Notes under the pieces: generated by a model
Database searches by the model: none
The model's input: the letters and a program-made list of their open reading frames with translations, nothing else
What the model was told of the DNA's origin: nothing
Assembly (NCBI GenBank): GCA_963733195.1
Contig: CAVTCR010000050.1
Coordinates: 208,329-272,328 of the forward strand
From: an uncultured delta proteobacterium
GTDB taxonomy: Bacteria; Desulfobacterota; Binatia; Bin18
Reading direction: 5' to 3'
DNA: 64,000 nt
Part shown: positions 20,779 through 29,533 of the stretch, piece after piece
How the letters are laid out: every line of letters begins with the position of its first letter
How positions within the stretch are numbered: position 1 is the first letter of the stretch
Translations under genes and position numbers: made by a program

Positions 20779-20929
20779 CCGATGTACTTAGTGGGATGAG
20801 TTTCTGGGGGGTGTATCTTGCCACAGGAAATCAAACTTCGGTAGGCCATGAACCTCCGCGTTTTCTCTCCTTCACGGTCAGCTCGTTGCTCGCAGTTCAG
20901 CGATGTGATAGGCGAAACATGTTTCCTGT

Positions 20930-21001
20930 GCCCTCGTGGTGAAATGGATATCATACAGGTCTCCGGAACCTGGGGTCTGGGTTCAATTCCCGGCGAGGGC
21001 A
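20930..21001 (+). tRNA. tRNA-Arg(CCG); CCA end not encoded
   Basis: Acceptor stem GCCCTCG/CGAGGGC; anticodon arm CAGGT-CTCCGGA-ACCTG; T arm CTGGG-TTCAATT-CCCGG. Confidence 0.93.
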
Positions 21002-21228
21002 TGCTTCTTTTCTACCTTAGGTTCTTCTGAGAGAAGCCCTTTGCAGTTCTTTCGCTATCACTGGCCCCTCTCGTCCGCAGATCTCGTTACACCTCTGTAC
21101 CTATCTCCACCCGATTTGGGCTCTGCAAATTCGCCGAATTTGCTTTTGAGAAGTCAAGTTGCTACCTTTTCTAAAAAGGGAAATGTGTTGGACCCCTTCC
21201 TCCCTTACCCTGCCCAAGAGAACAGTTC

Positions 21229-21633
21229 ATGATTAGGAAGAAGATCTTAATTGTTGAGGACAACGAAGATAATCGTAATATTCTTATCTATAGGCTCCGG
21301 AAAGTCGGTGACTTTGACATCAAAGAAGCACAGAACGGACAAGAAGCTCTCGCCCTTATAACGCAAGACCCTCCCGACTTGCTGTTCCTCGATCTAAAGC
21401 TACCAATTCTTGACGGCTGGGAAACTGCACGCCGTATTCGCGCGATGCAAGGCTCAATCAAGAACCTCCCTATCATTGCATTGACTGCCCAAGCGATGGT
21501 TGGCGATGAGGAAAAAGCGATTGCCGCTGGATGTGACGATTATATCGCCAAACCAATCATTGACTCAGGCATCGTCAGAGAGAAGATTCTTCACTTCTTA
21601 CCGCAGCACGCTGCCCAAGCAAACAACCTTTGA
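21229..21633 (+). CDS. Single-domain response regulator (DivK/CheY-like)
   Basis: ILIVEDN, FLDLKLP, IALTA, GCDDYIAKP. Confidence 0.92.
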   Translation: MIRKKILIVEDNEDNRNILIYRLRKVGDFDIKEAQNGQEALALITQDPPDLLFLDLKLPILDGWETARRIRAMQGSIKNLPIIALTAQAMVGDEEKAIAAGCDDYIAKPIIDSGIVREKILHFLPQHAAQANNL

Positions 21634-21656
21634 TTCATATTGAGGGGGTAAGGGGT

Positions 21657-21687
21657 GTAGCCGGAGAACAGAAAGTTCTCCGGCTAC
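21657..21687. terminator. Perfect 13-bp hairpin between convergent genes (terminator or REP)
   Basis: GTAGCCGGAGAAC-AGAAA-GTTCTCCGGCTAC. Confidence 0.5.
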
Positions 21688-21845
21688 GGGCAAGGAAGGG
21701 AGGAGACAAGGAGAGAAGACAGGGGGCATAGCAGGGAGAAGGAATCGCTGTCTTTCTCTCCTATTGTTAAGTTTGACGGCCTAGGTCGAAAGAAATTCAC
21801 CTATTATTTCTTCAAGCCACAAAAAATTTTTTCGCACCATACAAC

Positions 21846-22865
21846 CTACGATTTCTCTTGCTTCACTAGCTTTCTCAGACTCACCGTAAACGCCTCGCAG
21901 TACCCGTTTTCTCGGGGATAGACCGTTTGCTGCAATTCGCTATGAAGCAACGGTAGGTTATAAAATGGGACAGAGGGATAGAGGTGGTGCTCCAGGTGAT
22001 AATTCACCTGTTTTGGTGCGAAGAAAAAACTCAGTACAGGAGGAATGAGGTATGTTCGAGTCTGTTGATAGAGATTCTGAGGGTCCGGTACATTACCATG
22101 CTCTATTGCACCACGGATACGGAAGAATACTTGCGTGAATGTGCAATACGGAACGAGCCAATAAAGTCCGAACCACTCGACCGCCTTGCTTCCCCAGAAC
22201 CATAGTCCACCGAAAAGCACGACACTCCAGAAAAGCGCAAACACGGACATGTCGGCAATGTGACGATATTGTTCATCGCGCGCCTCTCCCAGAAAGCGAC
22301 GATTGAAGTCCTTCATTCCGAATGGAAGATCGATAAAGTACTTCAACGTCGACAGAACATTCAGACCACAAAGATCACGAAGAAGTAAGCGGAGAAACTT
22401 TTTGCTCCCTACCGGATAGCGAGCGAAAATCGCACGGTCTGGATCATCTACCGTATGCGTATGCTGATGGTGGTAGAGGTGGATAAATCGCCATTTTGCC
22501 AACGAAATAAACACCGGAAAGCCAGCTAAGAAACGCGCGAGCCAGTCATTGAACCACAACCGACGCGATAGCCGCTTATGTATGCCCTCGTGGGTAATGA
22601 CCATCAAGGCATGCTGTCGTGAGGCAATCACCCCAACAGAAAGAAGGTAGACAAGAACCCCTACAGTGCCCGATGACAATGGAACTAGCACCACGCTGCT
22701 ATAGACAGCGAGCGTAATGACACCCCAAATCTCGAGGAGATGATAAACCGAAAGCCCCGAGTTTATCCGAGACAAGACTTTTATCGTCTGCTGTAGTTCT
22801 TCTGGTGAATCTAGAGCAACCGCTGCTGCGTTCACTTTCTGCACAATTTCAGATGTACACCACAT
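21846..22865 (-). CDS. Membrane fatty acid desaturase family protein
   Basis: His boxes HEGIH, HLYHH, HLEHH; start uncertain. Confidence 0.88.
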   Translation of the reverse strand: MWCTSEIVQKVNAAAVALDSPEELQQTIKVLSRINSGLSVYHLLEIWGVITLAVYSSVVLVPLSSGTVGVLVYLLSVGVIASRQHALMVITHEGIHKRLSRRLWFNDWLARFLAGFPVFISLAKWRFIHLYHHQHTHTVDDPDRAIFARYPVGSKKFLRLLLRDLCGLNVLSTLKYFIDLPFGMKDFNRRFLGEARDEQYRHIADMSVFALFWSVVLFGGLWFWGSKAVEWFGLYWLVPYCTFTQVFFRIRGAIEHGNVPDPQNLYQQTRTYLIPPVLSFFFAPKQVNYHLEHHLYPSVPFYNLPLLHSELQQTVYPRENGYCEAFTVSLRKLVKQEKS

Positions 22866-22948
22866 GCCGTTTCCCTGGCAATCCCAGCGCAGGCCTGATA
22901 AAGGAGCTATCACGCAATCTCACAAAACTCTTGATCAGAGGAGGGAAC

Positions 22949-23755
22949 ATGCCATACGCCCAGATCAACGGAATCCGCCTGCATTACGAAGTCGAAGGCC
23001 ACGGACCACCACTTCTATTCGTCGCTGGCTTAGGCCAACCTGCTATCGCTTGGGACCCAGAGCTTATTCGGACACTCGCGCGATCCTATCAAGTTATTAC
23101 TTACGACAACCGCGGCACGGGTCTTTCCGATAAACCCGATGAGCCGTACTCAATTTCGCTCTTTGCCAGTGATGCAGTAGGGCTCCTTGATGAACTTTCC
23201 ACCACCCGAGCACATATTTTTGGTGTTTCCATGGGTGGCATGATTGCCCAAGAACTCGGCGTACATCATCCACAGCGAGTCGCAAGCCTGACTCTGGGGT
23301 GCACGACAGCAGGAGGAAGAAATGCCGTACCAGCGCCACCCGAATCCATGAAAATGCTTGCGGGACGAGCAGGGATGACACCAGAAGAAGCAGGACGCGA
23401 AGGATGGAAATTGTCTTTCTCTGATGAATTCATTCTCAACCATCGCGCTCAGCTTGAAATCCATTTACAACGCACCCTCGCTCAAGTCACTCCACGTTTT
23501 GCGTACGAGCGTCATTTCCAAGCAACCATGACGTTGCGCGTCTTTAAGCACCTCAAAAACATTACCGCACCGACACTGGTCGTCACTGGCCGCGATGATA
23601 TCTTAATTCCAGCCGCGAATTCCGAAATTCTGGCGCGGGAGATTCCTGGAGCTGAGTTAACAATGCTCGATAATGCTGGGCATGGCTTCTTTATCTCTGC
23701 TCGCGAGCAATTTACCACCGCCCTTCAGGACTTTCTCTCCCGCCACCCCCTGTAA
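22949..23755 (+). CDS. Alpha/beta fold hydrolase
   Basis: GVSMGG nucleophile elbow, DNRGTG, C-terminal AGHG; RBS AGGAGGG. Confidence 0.9.
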   Translation: MPYAQINGIRLHYEVEGHGPPLLFVAGLGQPAIAWDPELIRTLARSYQVITYDNRGTGLSDKPDEPYSISLFASDAVGLLDELSTTRAHIFGVSMGGMIAQELGVHHPQRVASLTLGCTTAGGRNAVPAPPESMKMLAGRAGMTPEEAGREGWKLSFSDEFILNHRAQLEIHLQRTLAQVTPRFAYERHFQATMTLRVFKHLKNITAPTLVVTGRDDILIPAANSEILAREIPGAELTMLDNAGHGFFISAREQFTTALQDFLSRHPL

Positions 23756-23850
23756 AACAGAAGGAAACTGCGGCTGTTAAAAATTTGCCCTCGCGGCAAT
23801 TAAGGAACAGCAGAGTACGTACCGATACATGAAGCAGAGAGCACAAAGAA

Positions 23851-24327
23851 ATGGTTGGACGATTTCTGCTTCATGTTTGTACATACGCAAGCCTCGCCGT
23901 AGCACTGACGGCGTGCGATCCGTGTGACAACCGCATCTTACAAGAACTTCCTGATCCCACAGGAACAACCAAAGCCGTGATTTTTCAGCGGAGTTGTGGA
24001 CCTTTTGGTGGAACCAGCACCCAGATTTCCGTTCTTCCTATGTCTACTCAACGGCTCATTGCTGGTGGGAATACATTTAGCGCTGACACAGCCGACGGCT
24101 CAGCCCCCGCATTACCAAGCGGCGGCCCTCCAGTCGTTGTAACCTGGGCAAATCCTCAGGAACTCTACGTCACCTACGATTCTCGCGTCCGCGTGTTCCA
24201 AGCAGAAAAACAAATCAACAATATCTCTATTTCCTACGAAGGACGATCAGCCGCAGAGAAGACGCCTCGAAACACACCCCCAGCTCCCCTCAAACCGCGG
24301 AAAACCGGTAGTGTAAACCCACGATAA
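23851..24327 (+). CDS. Hypothetical lipoprotein
   Basis: Lipobox LTAC, then C-x-N...AVIFQRSCG. Confidence 0.65.
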   Translation: MVGRFLLHVCTYASLAVALTACDPCDNRILQELPDPTGTTKAVIFQRSCGPFGGTSTQISVLPMSTQRLIAGGNTFSADTADGSAPALPSGGPPVVVTWANPQELYVTYDSRVRVFQAEKQINNISISYEGRSAAEKTPRNTPPAPLKPRKTGSVNPR

Positions 24328-24423
24328 CCATCCAGATTCTCACGCCTGCACTTTCAGACAATGTGATCAGCTAGAGGGGAACTTTTCTTACCAAACAAGT
24401 CTTTGCACGTTGAGTGTTCGGCC

Positions 24424-25577
24424 TCATTGCTCCTTCGCCGCCCGATACCAAATCCGCCCGTCTTTCAGTGTGAGCTGGGTCACGAGTTTCTGCTCACCGC
24501 TCATGTGATTCTGATCAGTATCAACAAAATCAAACTGGCCGCGCTCAAGACTAAACACCGCGACATCAGCTATTGCTCCTGGTTTCAGCGTTCCAAGTTG
24601 TCCAGTCTCACCAATCGCGCGTGCCGGATTGGTCGTCACACATCGGATGACTTCATCCAGCGTAACACCGAGATTCAGGAACTTTGACATCGTCGTCGGT
24701 AAATCAAAGACCGGGCCGCGCGTTGCGCTCGGGATGGACAGGTCTGTGGCAATCGTGTCAGGCATAAACCCTTGATCAAGTGCCATCCGTACGAAGGGAA
24801 AAGTGAAATGCATACGGCCATGTGCGCAGTCGAAGATTACCCCCGCCTTTTGCGCATCCCGCACTTCCCGCAGAATCTCTTTTTTCTCTGGCCCCATGAT
24901 GCCGTATTGATAACGATGTAAACAATGAGTGACAACATCTCCCGGTTTCATGAATTCCAGGATCTTTGGCACCGGCAGCAGCGCGTCAGTAATATGGACC
25001 ATCAGTGGAACGTCAGCCATATCTGCGGCCTGCCGGGCAAGTCGTAGGGGTTCCGTCCCAGCAGAGTCAGGAACGACATTATTGCTAAAACGAAGCTTCA
25101 CACCAATCGCCAAATCACGATTCTCACGAATTGTACGTGCACAACCTTCGGGATCGGCATAATCCATGTTCATCAGTTCACCAACTTGCAAATGGATAAG
25201 CCCGAGTGCTGACAAATGCACGAAGCAGCGTAATCGCACCTGGCTGCGTTCAGCGACATAATGTCGGAGTCCAGGAAAAGTTGCCGACCCCGCAGCTGCC
25301 GGCATCGATCGATAGTAGTCACTCCACTTGCAGAACAGCGCTGATCAGTCTGTGGGCCCATGTCGTGCGCATTGATGAATGTATGCGCATGAATGTCGAT
25401 GAGTCCCGGACAAACGATTTTGCCAGTGACGTCAATCGTGCGGATCGCCTCAGTCGCAGGAATGTTCGGCGCCACCGCAGCAATTTTGCCTTTAGAGATC
25501 GCCACATCGGCCCGCTGATGCAACGGCCATCCCGGATCGATGACCTCGCCTCCCTTCAACACAAGATCGTATGACAT
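24424..25577 (-). CDS. Amidohydrolase/dihydroorotase-like deacetylase (frameshift near 25310)
   Basis: VCPGLIDIHAH, GVTTID/AGS, MVHI, VTHC, DCAHG, ATDL. Confidence 0.85.
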
Positions 25578-25593
25578 GGCAGTTCCCCTCCTT

Positions 25594-27390
25594 TTAGAAC
25601 TGATACGTTACCCGTAACACCGATTCATCGCGCCGCCGGTAGAGTCCCCCCAACCCCCAGGTTTCATCAACCTTTCCGCCAAACCCGGGGACAAAGAAAT
25701 AACTCTGCGCAAAGCGAACGATCACACTGGGAGTGACATAATAATCAACAATCCAGGTGAACTGACTACTGAAGTGGTTGATCGGATCGATGACGATAAA
25801 TGCTAGTGGTAGCAACGTCCCGCGCAGATAGACCGAACTCGCCGCTAATGTACCGACGACCTCCCAATTACGAACTTTGTCAGTTGAGGAAATTTGTCCT
25901 TGGAAACGTGAGGTGCCTTCGGGAATATATTGCCAGAACAGTTGCGACGTCACGAAGAACGTTGTCCGTCGATTCAAAGCGCGAATCCAGGTTGGCCGGT
26001 CGAAACCAACGAACCCCTGCCACGCGTCACTCTTCTTGACACCAAGAAAGCCGCTAGGAACTGGCGAGCCAGATTCGTCAAGGATAAAGATTGGCTTGCG
26101 CTTATCCGCAAACGGCTTGCCAAATTCGTAGATCATTTCCATGCGCCAGACGCCTTCAGTGTACATACTGTCGGCATAGCTGGCAGAGACACCTAACGTA
26201 TGAGTGTAAGGATAGTACGCTTCCGCGGGCAAGATTCCTTGCTCGACGAGACGAGTATTGCCGAACGCGACTTCACTGATCGTCCCGCATGTTGGCTTTC
26301 CCTGGACGCACACGTTCCGTCCACGCAGACTTGTCGTATTCATCCCATCATCTTGTGACAAACGTTGATAGAGATAGTTGAGTGTGAACGTCAGCCCTTG
26401 CGGAGTCATCGCTCCAACACGCACGCCTACCTGACTATTCTCTCCTGGATCTTTGCTGTAATCACCACGCCGGCCTAATACCGTTCCGTTAAGCAGTTTG
26501 AAGTTTCCTCCAGTCGGACTGCCAACGAAAGGATTGGTCGTGGGCACCCCCCACGGGCGGCCCGGCAGGAAACCAATTTTGGCCGGTACCCAGTGACCAG
26601 GCACCCAGTAGGTTTCCAGGTAGGTATCAACGAGCGGCCCGACACGACCAAAACTGTAGGCCCCTTTAATCGTCCAGTACGGAATGCGCAAATCGTCCCA
26701 AGGTTCTACCCCGAGCCCACCGGCGTGCCAAGTCGTATCAAGCGCGTTGGTACGATCGAGCATGCGGAGATTGTCCGACTCTCCCCAGACTACCATCTGC
26801 CGACCAAGACGTAACGTCAGTGGGATATCGGCGAACTCAATATCGCTGTACGCCTCACGAAAGATACTCTCGAACCGTAACGCATGAGCAGCACCCTGAG
26901 TGAGGTCCGAAAGCTTGCCATCACGTCGGGCCCGACCTTGGTAGGGAAACGCTTCAAGCCGCGGCCCAGGTTGGAAGTCGTAGATACTGTCATAGGAACC
27001 GCGATACAAGCCAACGAGATGCGCCCGGCGAATCCACGGCACGGAAAGAAAACCGAAGGCTTGCCCGTCGTTGATCCAATCGTATTCCAGACGCAGGCGC
27101 AGCACATTCCGCTGTTGAATGATCGACCATTTCTCAGGCTCAGGATGACGCAGAATTTGTTGGCTTTGCACATTGCCCGACAGCGAAACCGGACCGTAAG
27201 AAAAATCTGCATCACTGAGCGTGCAGCAATACGACAAGATAACCAGGGTAAAGAGCAAAGATCGAAAAGGCGAAAGGGCGAAGGGGCGAAGGAGAAAAAA
27301 CCACAGACAGAAGTACCTGTTATGAATTCTTTTTTTGTCCATCACTTTTGATTCTTGAATTTTGCCTACTTTTGATTTGCCGGAGATCAC
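25594..27390 (-). CDS. DUF1302-like outer-membrane beta-barrel protein
   Basis: LRLGRQMVVWGESD, alternating beta-strand pattern, C-terminal YQF; next to DUF1329; start uncertain. Confidence 0.75.
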   Translation of the reverse strand: MISGKSKVGKIQESKVMDKKRIHNRYFCLWFFLLRPFALSPFRSLLFTLVILSYCCTLSDADFSYGPVSLSGNVQSQQILRHPEPEKWSIIQQRNVLRLRLEYDWINDGQAFGFLSVPWIRRAHLVGLYRGSYDSIYDFQPGPRLEAFPYQGRARRDGKLSDLTQGAAHALRFESIFREAYSDIEFADIPLTLRLGRQMVVWGESDNLRMLDRTNALDTTWHAGGLGVEPWDDLRIPYWTIKGAYSFGRVGPLVDTYLETYWVPGHWVPAKIGFLPGRPWGVPTTNPFVGSPTGGNFKLLNGTVLGRRGDYSKDPGENSQVGVRVGAMTPQGLTFTLNYLYQRLSQDDGMNTTSLRGRNVCVQGKPTCGTISEVAFGNTRLVEQGILPAEAYYPYTHTLGVSASYADSMYTEGVWRMEMIYEFGKPFADKRKPIFILDESGSPVPSGFLGVKKSDAWQGFVGFDRPTWIRALNRRTTFFVTSQLFWQYIPEGTSRFQGQISSTDKVRNWEVVGTLAASSVYLRGTLLPLAFIVIDPINHFSSQFTWIVDYYVTPSVIVRFAQSYFFVPGFGGKVDETWGLGGLYRRRDESVLRVTYQF

Positions 27391-28637
27391 TGGCCACGCG
27401 CCATAATCCGATCGAGGTTAAAAAAATCATCCGGTAGTGGAACATTGTAGAGTGTTTTGGTTACTACAGTCATCGACCCGAGCTTTTCTTCATAATCGAT
27501 CATTGACTCGCCCACCCATACCGGCACGCGAACATGCTCGTTCCCAGGGTTGAATTTCGGATTGCCGTACAACTCAAAAAGCGTCTTCTGGTGTCTCCCG
27601 TCCTGATCGTAAAACAAGACATACACCGGTACGAACATTTGCCGATCGACATAGAGCACGCGTTTGCTGTACATGTGACGATGCGCTGCCGGGGTGCATT
27701 CCAGTACAATCATCTCGCGCAATTCCCAAGGATCGACCGGATACCAATTCCCACGTCCGCCGAATGTCGTAGTCACGACTTTGGCTCCGACCGGCGCCAG
27801 CATTCGTCGTGACCCGAGGAACTTCCAGTTACAAGCGCGGACGTATCCCCAATAACCAAAAAAATCCTCATTGAGAAAACCGGAGTCATACGATGCCTCA
27901 TCTTGCTTAATAATCATTTTGCGAATTTTGCGGCTCGTGGGGCTGTACACCCAGTTATCATCATTGACTCGGTCGCGGGCATAGCGGAGCTTAATACTCA
28001 TAGTGTTCTTCAAATCAAAGGGCGCCAGAATGTGAGAGAACTCCTTATAGAGAATCCCGTCGCCCTCCCACTTGTTCGGATTAGAACCACTGGTTTGCGG
28101 GCGATGCATGCCGTAGTGGACCACATAGTAATTCTCAATTTCCCGTTCCATCGATCCCGACTCGGTCACGAGGCGAAAGTTGTTCCAGACTTGCATAACG
28201 TCACCAAAGTCTCTGTGACGTAAATTCCATGCAGCCTTTAACCCAGCAAGAGAGTCAGCCGAATCAAGTACCGGAAAAGGCAAACCTGCCACATAGCCTT
28301 CGAGTTCACCGTACGTTCCGAGCTTCGTCTGCGCCGCGTATTGCTTTGTTGCTTGGATATATTCTTCACTCACAGGCAGATCAGTTGTTTCCTGAATAGT
28401 AAAAGCCAGTTCTCCAGCTTTTATCTTGTCGAGAATTTCCGACGGTAAATAGTCTGTTGCCGCTTCCCAGGAGTCCTTAGAAATCGTCGTTCCAGGCGTA
28501 AGTCCGTTCACGGACGGCTTCCCTGTCTCATAGGGATGAAACATGTGTTGGATCGTCGTCGCAGGAACCTCGGCGTAGGCCGCTTGCCCAATAAGACTCG
28601 CAAGATTGAGGAGCACCGCAAAACATTGTCTTCGCAT
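27387..28637 (-). CDS. DUF1329 / outer-membrane lipoprotein-sorting family periplasmic protein
   Basis: Signal peptide; YVAGLPFP, WVYSPTSRKIRK, WELR, YSKRVLYVD, YDQDG. Confidence 0.8.
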   Translation of the reverse strand: MRRQCFAVLLNLASLIGQAAYAEVPATTIQHMFHPYETGKPSVNGLTPGTTISKDSWEAATDYLPSEILDKIKAGELAFTIQETTDLPVSEEYIQATKQYAAQTKLGTYGELEGYVAGLPFPVLDSADSLAGLKAAWNLRHRDFGDVMQVWNNFRLVTESGSMEREIENYYVVHYGMHRPQTSGSNPNKWEGDGILYKEFSHILAPFDLKNTMSIKLRYARDRVNDDNWVYSPTSRKIRKMIIKQDEASYDSGFLNEDFFGYWGYVRACNWKFLGSRRMLAPVGAKVVTTTFGGRGNWYPVDPWELREMIVLECTPAAHRHMYSKRVLYVDRQMFVPVYVLFYDQDGRHQKTLFELYGNPKFNPGNEHVRVPVWVGESMIDYEEKLGSMTVVTKTLYNVPLPDDFFNLDRIMARGQ

Positions 28638-28821
28638 TCTCTTCCTTTTCCCTTCTTATCGAGGTGCTGCATGGCCCGTATAGCGTGAAGAGAAAACGGA
28701 AGCAAGGAAGAATCATCGATCTTGCTACGGACGGCATGCAAGCTCATCAGAATTCCCCCCGGTCTCTCGTACCCGACTCAACACCATATCGACCGCACGT
28801 TGGCGGGGATTGGTCAGCGTT

Positions 28822-28858
28822 CTCTCTCCCTTGGCGGGAGAGAGTCAGAGAGAGGGGA
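28822..28858. repeat. REP-like hairpin
   Basis: CTCTCTCCC-TTGGC-GGGAGAGAG followed by AGAGAGAGGGG. Confidence 0.45.
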
Positions 28859-28921
28859 AGCGAATAAATACTCTTCATTTGTATTGCGGTGAACTCCAAG
28901 TGGTCTTGCTTTACCTCATAA

Positions 28922-28941
28922 TTAGGTGCATATCCTCCTAA
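28922..28941 (+). promoter_or_regulatory. Putative MarR operator overlapping a -10-like box
   Basis: Imperfect palindrome TTAGGTGCATATCCTCCTAA ending 3 nt before the ATG at 28944. Confidence 0.5.
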
Positions 28942-28943
28942 CT

Positions 28944-29444
28944 ATGACGAAACCGGAAGACAGCAAAGCTATCGCCCAGAGCCGACAGATTGGTCAGCTG
29001 TGCGCCTGTTTTAATCTGCGAAGGGCGACTCGAGCAGTCACACAATTGTATGATACCGTCCTCCGTCCGGTTGGTTTACGAACCACGCAATTTACCCTTC
29101 TGAATGCCGTCCGCCTGCAAGCACCGGTCACAATCAGACGACTTGCGGCCTCTGTCGTCATGGACCGAACAACCTTAACCCGCGACTTGCGCCCCCTAGA
29201 ACGACAAAGACTCGTTTCTATCGAAACGGGAGAAGATCGGCGAGAACGCAAAGTCGATCTTACCGCAAAAGGTGCGCAGGTTATTACCCGCGCTTTACCG
29301 CTATGGCAAAAGGCCCAGGCTTACGTCGCCCAGGGTCTCGGGCAAGAGCGACTCCAGCGGCTGCTGGAAGATCTCGCCGCAACCGTAGCCCTCACTCGGG
29401 CAAATAGGAAAAATACGGAGAAAACGAAGGAAGCTCGTACATGA
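28944..29444 (+). CDS. MarR family transcriptional regulator
   Basis: CACFNLRRATRAVTQLYD, MDRTTLTRDL, DRRER. Confidence 0.9.
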   Translation: MTKPEDSKAIAQSRQIGQLCACFNLRRATRAVTQLYDTVLRPVGLRTTQFTLLNAVRLQAPVTIRRLAASVVMDRTTLTRDLRPLERQRLVSIETGEDRRERKVDLTAKGAQVITRALPLWQKAQAYVAQGLGQERLQRLLEDLAATVALTRANRKNTEKTKEART

Positions 29445-29533
29445 AATCCGTGTACCGATAAGGAGAGGAAGGCAGCCCTACTTCTCTGGTTTACTCAAAT
29501 TCTGAAACGGAACGATGAAGGAGAGTTGATCCA

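Noticed and set aside
20930-21001. tRNA-Arg as integration site of an island
   Set aside because: I found no duplicated tRNA 3' end and no integrase in the window.
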